This document shows positions 20,220-28,782 of a stretch of DNA of 51,648 nt, piece after piece; the stretch's first letter is position 1; every line of letters begins with the position of its first letter. This stretch comes from a virus (lineage: Duplodnaviria; Caudoviricetes). A program made the position numbers and the translations under genes. The stretch is taken from positions 1-51,648 of IMG/VR virus record IMGVR_UViG_3300030333_007728. One strand, given 5' to 3'. Below the pieces are notes generated by a model. It was not told the origin of the DNA and made no database searches. It saw nothing but the letters and a program-made list of their open reading frames with translations.

Positions 20220-21222
20220 CTTCTAGTGATCCTGCTTGTTGATATTCTCTGACTCGTCTTTCGAAGAAGTTGCCCATTGCTTGGACGTCGACGACTTCTC
20301 CGAGCCATGGAAAGGGGTTTTTGTCTGATCCGAATCTATATTCGAGTCCAATTCCTTCAAGTCTCCGATTACCAATATACTCCATATAGTCAACAAACAT
20401 ATCAGCATTAAGACCAAGTATACCTCGGGGCAACACGTCTCTCGCATAAGCTATCTCCAATTCTACTGCTTTCTGTATGTGTTCTGTTATCTCTTGTTGG
20501 AAGGTTTTAGTCCAAATCTTTGGATTTTGTTCTATAATTTGATTGATTGCATAAGTTCCAAATTGAATGTGAGAACTTTCATCACGCAAAGTATATTTGA
20601 TCTGGTCTGCAATACCTTGCATTTTGTTTTGGCGGCCAAGAGCTAGAAGCATTGCAAAGCCGCTAAAGAAGAATATTCCTTCACAAACAATCCAATAACT
20701 AATGAAGTTTCTTAAAATCTCCTTTTTGCCTTCTTGTGTGTGGGGATTGAAATCGCTTCTGCTAATGTCTGTAGTGATTTCCATTAAGAAATCATCTTTA
20801 GCCTTTATAGAGGGGATGTTTATATAAGCCTGAAATACTTCATCTATCTTGAGATCCAAAGAATCACAAACGTAAACAACAGTAAGATTATGTAAACTCT
20901 CCTCAAACGCTTGTCGTAGAATGTACTGGCGACACTCAGCATCAGTAATGAACCTAAAACCACTGAGTAGTAGATTATTACCAACAAGAGATTCGCTGCC
21001 AGCAAAGAACCCCAAAGAACGTTTGACCAATAATTTTTCATCATCTGTTATCTCTCCATTTTTCCACTGCTTAATATCTTCCGCCATTGATATTTCAGTT
21101 GGCATCCAATTATTAGCGCAACCTTTCAAGAACAAGTCCCAAGCGGTCTTGTGCTTGTGTGGCAGGATGCAATTAACACCTGCTATGTCTTTACCTAAAA
21201 TTTGACCTGTTTTAGAGCTCAT
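20209..21222 (-). CDS. nrdB: Ribonucleotide reductase small subunit, class Ic (Mn/Fe) signature
   Basis: FFAGSESLVGNN, QAFEESLHNLTV, EGIFFFSGF, RDESSH and NFFERRVREYQ. The first ligand is Glu77 and the radical-Tyr position is Val115. Confidence 0.95.
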   Translation of the reverse strand: MSSKTGQILGKDIAGVNCILPHKHKTAWDLFLKGCANNWMPTEISMAEDIKQWKNGEITDDEKLLVKRSLGFFAGSESLVGNNLLLSGFRFITDAECRQYILRQAFEESLHNLTVVYVCDSLDLKIDEVFQAYINIPSIKAKDDFLMEITTDISRSDFNPHTQEGKKEILRNFISYWIVCEGIFFFSGFAMLLALGRQNKMQGIADQIKYTLRDESSHIQFGTYAINQIIEQNPKIWTKTFQQEITEHIQKAVELEIAYARDVLPRGILGLNADMFVDYMEYIGNRRLEGIGLEYRFGSDKNPFPWLGEVVDVQAMGNFFERRVREYQQAGSLEDDF

Positions 21223-21237
21223 ATCTATATAATATCT

Positions 21238-21246
21238 ATATTACAC
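21238..21246 (-). promoter_or_regulatory. GTGTAA-type putative phage promoter element upstream of nrdB
   Basis: GTGTAATAT lies in the 27-nt nrdA-nrdB gap, 15 nt upstream of the ATG. Confidence 0.5.
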
Positions 21247-21249
21247 TAA

Positions 21250-23658
21250 TTACTGGCAAGCCTCGCAAGCCTCTGGATTAGCGATAGAGCAAGCTATCTG
21301 TTCTTCTTCTGTGTACTCCTTTTTAGTTGATTTTTCAACTTTGGAAGCACCCCGATTTCTTAGGTAGTAGGTAGTTTTTAAACCAGCCTCCCAAGCAGCC
21401 ATATAAATATCATTTAAGTATTTAAGGCTTGTCTCTTTATTATATAGGTTGAAGGATATACCTTGGTCTATCCATTTTTGGCGGGCAGCGTTACACTGTA
21501 TCAATTTAAACATATCACGATCAAAAGCCGTTTTATACTTTTCTTGAAGGTGTTTTGGTATATCAAGTAGTGAAACGTCACCATCTGCTTCCTTAACTGC
21601 TTCTGCGAAGTCGGCATTCCATATGCCTTCTTTCTTCATGTCGTTAACGAATTGTTCATTAACTACATAGAAGTTTCCGCTTTTGCACTCATAGACGAAC
21701 AAGACCGAGAAGTTCGGTTCGATGCTCTGCTCCACACCGTTGATATAGCCAATAGTGGCAGTAGGAGCAATTGCCATAGTGTTACTATTTCGCATTCCAT
21801 ATTTTGTAATGTGTTCCCTGAGGCTTTCCCAGTTGATATTTGTGCTAACCAACGTTGGTTTTTTAACGCCGCGGCCGCTCATTAGCGTGTTGTAGGTATC
21901 TATTGGTAAAATATTCTTTTCCCATAGTGAGCCAGAATACGTTTTATAAGAGCCTCTTTCTTTTGCTAATTCACTCGAAGCAAAAATAGCGTTATAAGAA
22001 AAGAACTCTGTTAGATCACTAATAAAGTCTACAGCTTCATCTGAATCATATTGTATATCCAAGATTTGGAGAACATCGTGAGTAGCCATCATTCCCAGCC
22101 CAATTGGGCGATGTTTCATGTTGGCATTTTCAGCTTCTTTAGTGGGGTAAAAGTTTAAGTCAATTACGTTATCTAAAAGTCTGATTGCTGTTTTGATCGT
22201 TGAAGCTAGGAGATCCTTATTTAAAGCGCCATCGATAAGATGGTTCTTTAAGTTGACACTTCCCAAATTACATACAGCGGTTTCTCCTACCTCTACCTTT
22301 TCTCCATCTTTATATTTTGAAGGCTTAGTATGTAAAAGGATTTCAGTGCAAAGGTTACTTGAGTGAACTGTTCCTTGATGCTGGTTACTGTATCTAATGT
22401 TAGAGGGGTCTTTGAAGGTTATCCAAGGATGAGATGTCTCGAACAAAACCTTTAACATTTTCTTCCAAAGATCTTTAGCTTTTACTTTGCGGAAGTTCTT
22501 AAGTTCCCTTGCTTCAGCCTTTTCGACCATTTGTTCGTAGACCTTGACGAAACGGTCACCAAAAGTTTCATGCAAATCTTGTGAATCTGATGGGCAAAAC
22601 ATATACCAATCAGCGTCTTCCTGCACTTTCTTCATAAAAAGGTCAGGTACCCATGAAGCAGTATTCATGTCATGGCAACGAAGCCTTTCGTCGCCGGTGT
22701 TTCTTCGAAGGTTTAAGAAGTCTTCAAAATCTAAATGCCAAGGTTCTAGATAGGCGCATCCTGCTCCGGGGCGTTTGCCTCCTTGGTTTACCGCGACGAG
22801 TGTATCGTTGAGGATTTTGAGCCATGGCACAAGACCTCCAGAAATCCCGTTTGTGCCTTTGATAAAAGCGCCAGAAGCACGAAAATTAGTAACGTCGAAG
22901 CCAAGACCTCCAGCGTACTTACTTTTTCTGGCCTCTTGCCAGACTCCTTCGAAGATTCCGTCGATGCTGTCATCAAATGTGTTTAGGTAGCATGAGCTTA
23001 GTTGAGAGTGAGTAGTTCCACTATTAAATAATGTAGGAGTGGAAGGTGTGTAAAGAAAATTGCTAAAAAGGTTATAGAATTCAACTGCTCGCTCTTCTTT
23101 GTTTTCTTCATTTAAAGCTAATCCCATCGCCACTCGCATCCAAAAAGCTTGAGGCGACTCCATTATTTTACCGTTAGATCTAATAAAATATCTATCAATT
23201 AGTATCTGAATTCCAAGATATTTGAACTTAGAGTCTCTTTCGATGTCTAATCTCTTGGCTATCTCATTTAAGTCATAATCCAATAACCTCTCTGACAAAA
23301 TGTCCTCTTTGCAGAGTTTTTTAATGTTTTGGATAAAAGTCTTCTGATATTGAAGCTTAAAAGTGTCGGAATCAACGCTTTCCCTAAAAACCTCTTTATA
23401 AAGTGCGTTAACTGCCAATGCCGCGGCTACTTTACTGTAATTTGGTTCTTTTTCGATCTTTGCCCTAGCGGATAAAATTAAAGCGTCGTCAATCTCCTTG
23501 GTGGTTATTTTATCATATACCTGAAGCTGAGCATCTAGCAAAATCTCGCTAGCAGATACTGATTCTGTGCCATTGCAGGCCCTCTGAACGCATTTATTTA
23601 TCTTCTCCGCGTCGAATTTTTCGAGACGGCCGTTCCGTTTTTTAACTCTGATTTCCAT
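21250..23658 (-). CDS. nrdA: Ribonucleotide reductase large subunit with N-terminal ATP cone
   Basis: ATP cone VKKRNG..E.FD..KI, plus PSTPTLFNSG, QLSSCY, SSNLCTEI, VCNLGS, AIAPTATI and GLKTTYYLR, and C-terminal CEAC. No intein. Confidence 0.97.
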   Translation of the reverse strand: MEIRVKKRNGRLEKFDAEKINKCVQRACNGTESVSASEILLDAQLQVYDKITTKEIDDALILSARAKIEKEPNYSKVAAALAVNALYKEVFRESVDSDTFKLQYQKTFIQNIKKLCKEDILSERLLDYDLNEIAKRLDIERDSKFKYLGIQILIDRYFIRSNGKIMESPQAFWMRVAMGLALNEENKEERAVEFYNLFSNFLYTPSTPTLFNSGTTHSQLSSCYLNTFDDSIDGIFEGVWQEARKSKYAGGLGFDVTNFRASGAFIKGTNGISGGLVPWLKILNDTLVAVNQGGKRPGAGCAYLEPWHLDFEDFLNLRRNTGDERLRCHDMNTASWVPDLFMKKVQEDADWYMFCPSDSQDLHETFGDRFVKVYEQMVEKAEARELKNFRKVKAKDLWKKMLKVLFETSHPWITFKDPSNIRYSNQHQGTVHSSNLCTEILLHTKPSKYKDGEKVEVGETAVCNLGSVNLKNHLIDGALNKDLLASTIKTAIRLLDNVIDLNFYPTKEAENANMKHRPIGLGMMATHDVLQILDIQYDSDEAVDFISDLTEFFSYNAIFASSELAKERGSYKTYSGSLWEKNILPIDTYNTLMSGRGVKKPTLVSTNINWESLREHITKYGMRNSNTMAIAPTATIGYINGVEQSIEPNFSVLFVYECKSGNFYVVNEQFVNDMKKEGIWNADFAEAVKEADGDVSLLDIPKHLQEKYKTAFDRDMFKLIQCNAARQKWIDQGISFNLYNKETSLKYLNDIYMAAWEAGLKTTYYLRNRGASKVEKSTKKEYTEEEQIACSIANPEACEACQ

Positions 23659-23701
23659 TTAGTGACAAGTGTTCTTACACCCCAAATGTAAGAGAAGCTC
23701 T

Positions 23702-23730
23702 AACCTACAAGCTACTTTTTAGGATGTAAA
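23702..23730 (-). promoter_or_regulatory. Sigma70-like promoter with AAAAG spacer element (nrdA)
   Basis: TTTACA-tcctaAAAAGtagcttg-TAGGTT. A second element, GTGTAAGAA, sits at 23672-23680. Confidence 0.55.
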
Positions 23731-23738
23731 GAGAAAAG

Positions 23739-24017
23739 TTATTTTGAGGTCTTATTTTGCGAGGAATTATGAAACTTGTCCAGTTTCATTTCAAGTTTAT
23801 CGAACCTATCGTGAATAATATCGATTGCATGGGTTAAATCGTTCTTGGTTACGTAATTAGAGGGGAGTTCAATTGCCATTTCGGTTAATCTTTTATTGAC
23901 TTCGTCATGTTTCTTCCAAAGCTCGTCAATGCTCTGATACGCTCTTTTAACAATAAGTCCAACTAAAAACCCGCCAATAGCTAATATAGCCTCTATTATG
24001 TAATGAATATTTTCCAT
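23739..24017 (-). CDS. Holin-like single-TM coiled-coil membrane protein
   Basis: Start re-called at ATG 24017. One hydrophobic helix (IIEAILAIGGFLVGLIV) followed by a coiled coil with YVTKNDL...RFDKLEMKLD, a pattern common in phage membrane proteins. Confidence 0.5.
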   Translation of the reverse strand: MENIHYIIEAILAIGGFLVGLIVKRAYQSIDELWKKHDEVNKRLTEMAIELPSNYVTKNDLTHAIDIIHDRFDKLEMKLDKFHNSSQNKTSK

Positions 24018-24021
24018 GCTT

Positions 24022-24204
24022 TTATGTGTATTCGACAGCCCTGACTTTATATTTTGAGACAGGGGCAGATAGTATCCCCTCCTCAAACAGATACTTGATT
24101 ATATTTACACAGATCAAGCGTGGGTCGTCTTCTTTTTCGCAAGAAATTGATATAATATGGTCTTTTATGCTGACTTCCCTCCCTAAGATACTAAAAGCTT
24201 CCAT
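24022..24204 (-). CDS. Hypothetical protein
   Basis: 60 aa; tiles the minus-strand operon with TAATG coupling. Confidence 0.55.
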   Translation of the reverse strand: MEAFSILGREVSIKDHIISISCEKEDDPRLICVNIIKYLFEEGILSAPVSKYKVRAVEYT

Positions 24205-24389
24205 TATACTGATCTAATGTCAAAAATATCAACGCTTTTGTTTTCGCCTTTAATATCAGTGACTTTGAACGTTTTTTCGTCCAAAACATCACTAACTACT
24301 CCCGTCCAGTTGTTTCCTTCCGAAACTACTAAGACAGTTTTCCCGACCATTTTTTTATTGATATCTACTTTACTGTTGTCCGGTGTCAT
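24204..24389 (-). CDS. Small hypothetical protein, possible SH3-like beta-barrel
   Basis: 61 aa with a MVGKTVLV...WTGVV...FKV strand pattern. Confidence 0.55.
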   Translation of the reverse strand: MTPDNSKVDINKKMVGKTVLVVSEGNNWTGVVSDVLDEKTFKVTDIKGENKSVDIFDIRSV

Positions 24390-24684
24390 TTTTCAAGTAA
24401 TTAATATAACTGTTTGAGTTTTCAATCATTTCTTTGTTGAAAATTATTGAAGCTACTAGCTTTTCTATCTCTTCTTCTTTGGTTTCAGTTTTCAAGGCAT
24501 TTTCTGCCCAAGATATACTCTTTTCGAAGGCTTCTATCTGAGTCTCTTGGTCTTTTACGACCTCTTCGGCAGTCATTCCTTCAGGCATATTTGCTAACTT
24601 TGATACATCCACGAAGTTAGTTTGCCCTACCCTTTCTTTAATTTGATCTACTATCGTCAAGTTTTTTAGTTTAGGAGCACTCAT
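24370..24684 (-). CDS. Hypothetical acidic coiled-coil protein
   Basis: 104 aa; ATGA overlap with the upstream gene. Confidence 0.6.
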   Translation of the reverse strand: MSAPKLKNLTIVDQIKERVGQTNFVDVSKLANMPEGMTAEEVVKDQETQIEAFEKSISWAENALKTETKEEEIEKLVASIIFNKEMIENSNSYINYLKNDTGQQ

Positions 24685-26030
24685 AGTTTATCTTTCTGGT
24701 GAGCTTTTGTAATTGTTAGATTTTCTTTTAGTCTTACTGTAGTTTCTTCGTCTAAAGCTTGAGTTAGGGCTGCAGAACCAAGTAAATACTCTAAATCTTT
24801 TACAGATTCTGAGTAATAATAACTTTTCATATGTTCGTCTTTAGTCTCTCTAGCAATCCAGTAGGCGGCTAGAGCCCTGTTATCAAGTATAGTTGGGCTA
24901 GTGTCATGATAGCATCTAGAGTTTACGAATAATCCGCATTCGGGGAAAGGGTTTTTTATGCCTTTCATTTTAGAAGTTACACTAAATAAAGAGTACCAAT
25001 CTTCTTCATCGAAGAATACTTCTCTGCAGATATCCAAGCCCTCAGCTCTCCAAGGGTTTAAGGCTTCAGCTAAGTGGAGATATTTAGAGGCCGTATTGAA
25101 ATCTTCCCCCAAGGATCTTTTGGTAGAGTAGATATTTAAGTAAGCTAAATAGCCGTAATCAAGCCAAGTTTTATCTATGTTTATATACTCTTTTTTTGCT
25201 TTTAGTATCCCCTTGCCCCACATTCCGTTGTTTTTAAGCCAAGTCTTGAAAAAGAATATAGCCCTCTCCATGCAGTTAGTTCGGTGACTTTCAGAAAACC
25301 AAAATTTTCTGTAGACTTCGCCGCTTATGTCAAAATAGCTTTTAGCTAAGTACCATAGATGATAATCGTCAAATTTATCTTCTCGGTCAACGAATACTTG
25401 TTTTTCTAAACCTAATGCTTCTCTATAGTATTTCTTAAATATGTCTTTATCGTCATGCAAGTCCGTCATTTTATTTATGGAGTGGACTTGGATGCCTTCA
25501 AGATTTCCGAATCTCGCCTCCTCCTCCATCAAATAGTCTTCGTGGGCGGCTTGCCCAGATGGCCAATGAAGCTTCGTTCCTTTTTTAAAAAACGCGACTC
25601 TTACGAACATTATAGAGTTTATAATGTTTCTTGGGCTTAGTATATTGTGTGATTCGTGCTTTGATAGGTCTATGCCTTCGTCAGTGAAGGAGCACCATTC
25701 GTCACAGTCCATTCTAAACAGCCAATCAAACTTAGAAACTTCGTTTGCTTTTTTGTAAACGTCATTTCTATGTAAAGCAGGGTCCCATGTCCCTTCGTTT
25801 ATCATATCGTATAGATATAAAGAAATTTCGTTTTCCTTGCACCAATTTTCAACTATAGAGCATGTAGAGTCTGGATTAGGAGAGTTGTTTTGGAAGACTA
25901 TCATTCCTGCTATTGGCTTTAAGGAGTCTAGGCATTTTTTTATAACTGCCTGCTCGTTTGCCGCCATCATAAAAACGCAAACTTTATTTTTTGAGTCTCC
26001 CCGTATTGGATAGTCTAATTTAGTTCGCAT
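24681..26030 (-). CDS. GT2-family glycosyltransferase with C-terminal TPR-like helices
   Basis: MMAANEQAVIKKCLDSL, WLFRMDCDEW (DxD) and HE motifs, followed by WYLAKSY / LAEALNPWRAE helical repeats. Confidence 0.75.
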   Translation of the reverse strand: MRTKLDYPIRGDSKNKVCVFMMAANEQAVIKKCLDSLKPIAGMIVFQNNSPNPDSTCSIVENWCKENEISLYLYDMINEGTWDPALHRNDVYKKANEVSKFDWLFRMDCDEWCSFTDEGIDLSKHESHNILSPRNIINSIMFVRVAFFKKGTKLHWPSGQAAHEDYLMEEEARFGNLEGIQVHSINKMTDLHDDKDIFKKYYREALGLEKQVFVDREDKFDDYHLWYLAKSYFDISGEVYRKFWFSESHRTNCMERAIFFFKTWLKNNGMWGKGILKAKKEYINIDKTWLDYGYLAYLNIYSTKRSLGEDFNTASKYLHLAEALNPWRAEGLDICREVFFDEEDWYSLFSVTSKMKGIKNPFPECGLFVNSRCYHDTSPTILDNRALAAYWIARETKDEHMKSYYYSESVKDLEYLLGSAALTQALDEETTVRLKENLTITKAHQKDKL

Positions 26031-26349
26031 TTGATACTTCCAGAAGAATATTTGAAGACGATTTACTCTTAAAGACGATTCTGTCTTTTTTAACTATAGG
26101 CATAATATTTTCAACTATGCTTTCTTTAGTTTTTTCTGGAGTGTCTGGCATTGAGTTTTCGTACATGTCCTCCAAGAGCTCCAGTCTTTTGCCTTTTTGG
26201 CTGCCGCAGCCTCCGCAAGACTTTTGAGCAGAATTCCAGACTTTAATGAAAATTTGCCATTCTGGAAAGTGCTTAAATAAACCCTCTTGTTCAGCCAAGA
26301 ACCCGACAAGCTCTTCAGCGCTATTAAAAATATATTCAGTTTGTTCCAT
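26020..26349 (-). CDS. Hypothetical protein with a CGGC motif
   Basis: 109 aa containing KSCGGCGS; overlaps both neighbours. Confidence 0.6.
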   Translation of the reverse strand: MEQTEYIFNSAEELVGFLAEQEGLFKHFPEWQIFIKVWNSAQKSCGGCGSQKGKRLELLEDMYENSMPDTPEKTKESIVENIMPIVKKDRIVFKSKSSSNILLEVSNAN

Positions 26350-26713
26350 GTTTTTGTAGTATGCAATAAAGGCTGTAAATCATAACAGAAGATATAACAC
26401 ACATTGGGAAGTACTTTATATCAAGCAATATTATTGGAGACTGAATCCAAAAAGACAAGCAGAGCGGGCATGAGACGAATCTTCCAAAAAAATTGTCATT
26501 TATAACTTGAGTATATTCAGCGTATGATATGTTAGATTTAAACCTCTTAAGAAAATATTCGTATTCACTTAACCCGAAAGCTTCATCTAGGAATTTTACT
26601 TTGTCGAATCTAAATACTTTTAGGTATTCGTATACAGCGTTGCTTTTAAACCATAAAGCTAGAAATAGAACATTGCAAGATACAAAAACAAATACGAGGT
26701 CAAACTCATTCAT
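26336..26713 (-). CDS. Membrane protein with CPLCLSFW motif (DUF1360-like)
   Basis: Hydrophobic N- and C-terminal helices; SCPLCLSFW matches the CxxCxsxW pattern of DUF1360-like proteins. Confidence 0.55.
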   Translation of the reverse strand: MNEFDLVFVFVSCNVLFLALWFKSNAVYEYLKVFRFDKVKFLDEAFGLSEYEYFLKRFKSNISYAEYTQVINDNFFGRFVSCPLCLSFWIQSPIILLDIKYFPMCVISSVMIYSLYCILQKHGTN

Positions 26714-28091
26714 TTTGACAATTACAAAAAGATACTATTACGTATCGAGTTCCTTTTGTTGTTGGCCTAGCTCCGTGCTTATGCGTAATGTTTCCGGGAT
26801 GTAAGGTTACGTCTCCTAAATCACCTTTAAACAAAAGTTTTTGCCTAGCGAAATATGTCCCTCCTCCTTCGTAGTCTTTACCGTGTTGAGTTAGGTTGGT
26901 TAGGAAGGTGACTCTAGAATAATCGTGATGAAGGGACAGGTGTGGTTGACCGTCTGACTTGTATTTTATGATAAAGTTTTCTCCCTTTAAGGATTCCCAG
27001 TTCTTTCCTTCCAGTCCGTATAAATACGTTGCTGCTGGGTAACAGTGCTTTTGTAAAACTTTTTCATATACAGAATTAAGCCCGATAGTGTCCAAGAGCA
27101 TATCTGTAGTTGGATAAAACTCATGTCTCTTTTGAGTCCATGTGCCTTCAGTCTCTGAGACGTCAATAATTTCTTTACAAAAAGCCTCACTAAACAGACT
27201 CCATTTAAATACGCTAGTATGACCTTGATGCCCTAGCTCGTCTACGATCAAATCCCATTCATGCGAAATCGCTGAAGGTGTCAAATACTTCTTCTCCCAA
27301 GCTTCCTCATTATTATCGTAGTCAAAAATAGAAATATCGTCATTTTCTGGTTCGGTTTCCGATTTGTTTTCCGCTTTGTTTTCCGCTGCACTGAATCTAG
27401 AAGTAATGCTTTCAGGCACTTCTTCTATTCTAGTTACTTTATTTTCCGGCAGATCCTCGAACCCTAATTCTGATATATCTATAGGCCTACTAATTGGCTG
27501 AGAAAAGTTCTTCACCGCTCCTTCTTCTCTTAAGAAAAAAACTAAAGTTAGCCTGCCATCGTATATATCACTTCCAAAGTATGTATCTGATTTGTGCCAA
27601 GACTTTGGATCGTACATGATGCACTTATTGTATTCGTTTGTGATTATTGAGTTTACATTGAAGTTTTTGGGGTCGCCTTCATTAGTTATAAAATCCTGAC
27701 TATCGGTGTCTACATTTTCTTTAAGATCGTAAATTATAGTGCCCGAGTTTGGTTTCGGGTTTGGAGTTAGATAGACCATCCCTACGTGGGTGAAGCGCTG
27801 GGTCATCTTATCGTTATGTATCCAGCTATTCCCATCTGAAGCAGTGCATAGTTGGAACATGGCCTCAAAATAAGTATCCTTGTTATTATCCCATCCCATT
27901 AACTCGTAGAGCCTGCTGGTAAATTGATAATACATATCTTCGTTTAGAAGATGGTAGTATTCGGTTCTTATTCCGGGCCAGTTGCCTTCAGTTGGATGGT
28001 CTTTGCAGTTGTAAAACTTTTGAGAAAGCGCGAACTTTCTTACTTCGTCTGGATTACTGAAAAAATTCTCGAATTCCAAAAAAGATCTCAT
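26706..28091 (-). CDS. Tandem 2OG-Fe(II) oxygenase: DUF6445-like N-domain plus procollagen lysyl-hydroxylase (PLOD)-like C-domain
   Basis: N-domain: ENFFSNPDEVR, WPGIRT, WIHND, YLTP, WHKS, GRLTLVFF. C-domain: YPTTD, NFIIKY...QPHLSLHHD, DYEGGG, HPGNITHKHG, GTRYVIVSF. Confidence 0.8.
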   Translation of the reverse strand: MRSFLEFENFFSNPDEVRKFALSQKFYNCKDHPTEGNWPGIRTEYYHLLNEDMYYQFTSRLYELMGWDNNKDTYFEAMFQLCTASDGNSWIHNDKMTQRFTHVGMVYLTPNPKPNSGTIIYDLKENVDTDSQDFITNEGDPKNFNVNSIITNEYNKCIMYDPKSWHKSDTYFGSDIYDGRLTLVFFLREEGAVKNFSQPISRPIDISELGFEDLPENKVTRIEEVPESITSRFSAAENKAENKSETEPENDDISIFDYDNNEEAWEKKYLTPSAISHEWDLIVDELGHQGHTSVFKWSLFSEAFCKEIIDVSETEGTWTQKRHEFYPTTDMLLDTIGLNSVYEKVLQKHCYPAATYLYGLEGKNWESLKGENFIIKYKSDGQPHLSLHHDYSRVTFLTNLTQHGKDYEGGGTYFARQKLLFKGDLGDVTLHPGNITHKHGARPTTKGTRYVIVSFCNCQNE

Positions 28092-28118
28092 TTCTTATTC
28101 TTACTGCAAAGATAAAGG

Positions 28119-28310
28119 TTAATCTAGTTTTTCGTCCATGTATTTAACTACTTGTTTAGCCAAATACCCCTTTTCTTTTTCGTCCCCTTTGTCAACTAAA
28201 GATCTTCTCCATTCAGGAAGGTTTTTGTAATGAGCCCAGTAAATTGCTTCTATTTTCTCGGATTCTTTTAGCTTTATTAAGCGTTTTTTAGGTTTTTCTG
28301 TTTCCGTCAC
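28119..28310 (-). CDS. Small basic hypothetical protein
   Basis: 63 aa; GTG start 8 nt downstream of the -10 box of the leftward promoter. Confidence 0.6.
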   Translation of the reverse strand: MTETEKPKKRLIKLKESEKIEAIYWAHYKNLPEWRRSLVDKGDEKEKGYLAKQVVKYMDEKLD

Positions 28311-28318
28311 TGCAAAAA

Positions 28319-28347
28319 AACATATCTAACGCTTTTTAATCAGTCAA
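28319..28347 (-). promoter_or_regulatory. Leftward sigma70-like promoter with AAAAG spacer element
   Basis: TTGACT-gattaAAAAGcgttaga-TATGTT with a 17-nt spacer. Confidence 0.7.
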
Positions 28348-28361
28348 CGATTTTAAAGTTG

Positions 28362-28390
28362 TTGACACGCCAAAAAGTACTTGCTAAAAG
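28362..28390 (+). promoter_or_regulatory. Rightward sigma70-like promoter with AAAAG spacer element
   Basis: TTGACA-cgccaAAAAGtacttgc-TAAAAG, back-to-back with the leftward promoter. Predicted start ~28396-28397. Confidence 0.65.
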
Positions 28391-28391
28391 C

Positions 28392-28706
28392 GTTCTTGCT
28401 TTTCGCGGTGAAATAGCCTAGCGGGGATAGCCCGCTTAAACACGTTAGAGACAACAGGCCCGTAAAAAGACACCAATCAAGAAGACTAATAATCTTCACG
28501 TTATTTCGGGAAAAGGCGGCGTTTGAGATTGGAAAAGCTAAAAACTTAAGGCGACCCCTCTGGGGGAAGGAAGAAGTTAAAAGTCAAAAAAGAAGTCACA
28601 CCGCTTGGGAAAGCAAAAACATAGCTGAGATTGGTTGCGAGCTAGGCTGACACATGGCCAATGCGATGACTGAAGCAGGTAATTTCAGGGTATTTTATAG
28701 CGCATT
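28392..28706 (+). ncRNA. Candidate large structured non-coding RNA or structured leader (unassigned family)
   Basis: No ORF; starts right at a predicted TSS. Long-range helices 28396-28410/28599-28616 and 28415-28422/28641-28648 cross each other. Also 28660-28665/28701-28706 and several local hairpins. Confidence 0.55.
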
Positions 28707-28782
28707 CTTTTAATAATATTGACTGGCGTTAAGTTGACTGCTATTACTTAGGCTCCTCCTCGGAGGAAGGAAGAAGTTAAAA
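28544..28782 (+). repeat. Two copies of a ~37-39-nt hairpin plus GGAAGGAAGAAGTTAAAA element
   Basis: Identical 18-mer at 28565-28582 and 28765-28782, exactly 200 bp apart. Each is preceded by ACTTA(A)GGC and a hairpin (CCCCTCTGGGGG versus CCTCCTCGGAGG). Confidence 0.85.

Noticed and set aside
27364-27387. Short tandem repeat encoding AENK-AENK
   Set aside because: Low-complexity interdomain linker within the double oxygenase; no separate function is supported.
28392-28706. tmRNA, RNase P, 6S or tRNA identity for the structured region
   Set aside because: No GGGG...CCA acceptor or T-arm, no RNase P GAGGAAAGUCC / ACAGAA conserved blocks, and the pairing is branched and crossing rather than a 6S rod.
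28544-28782. Mini CRISPR array
   Set aside because: Only two imperfect repeats separated by ~165 nt, and no cas operon. The Cas4-like gene at 45915 is a typical phage replication exonuclease.
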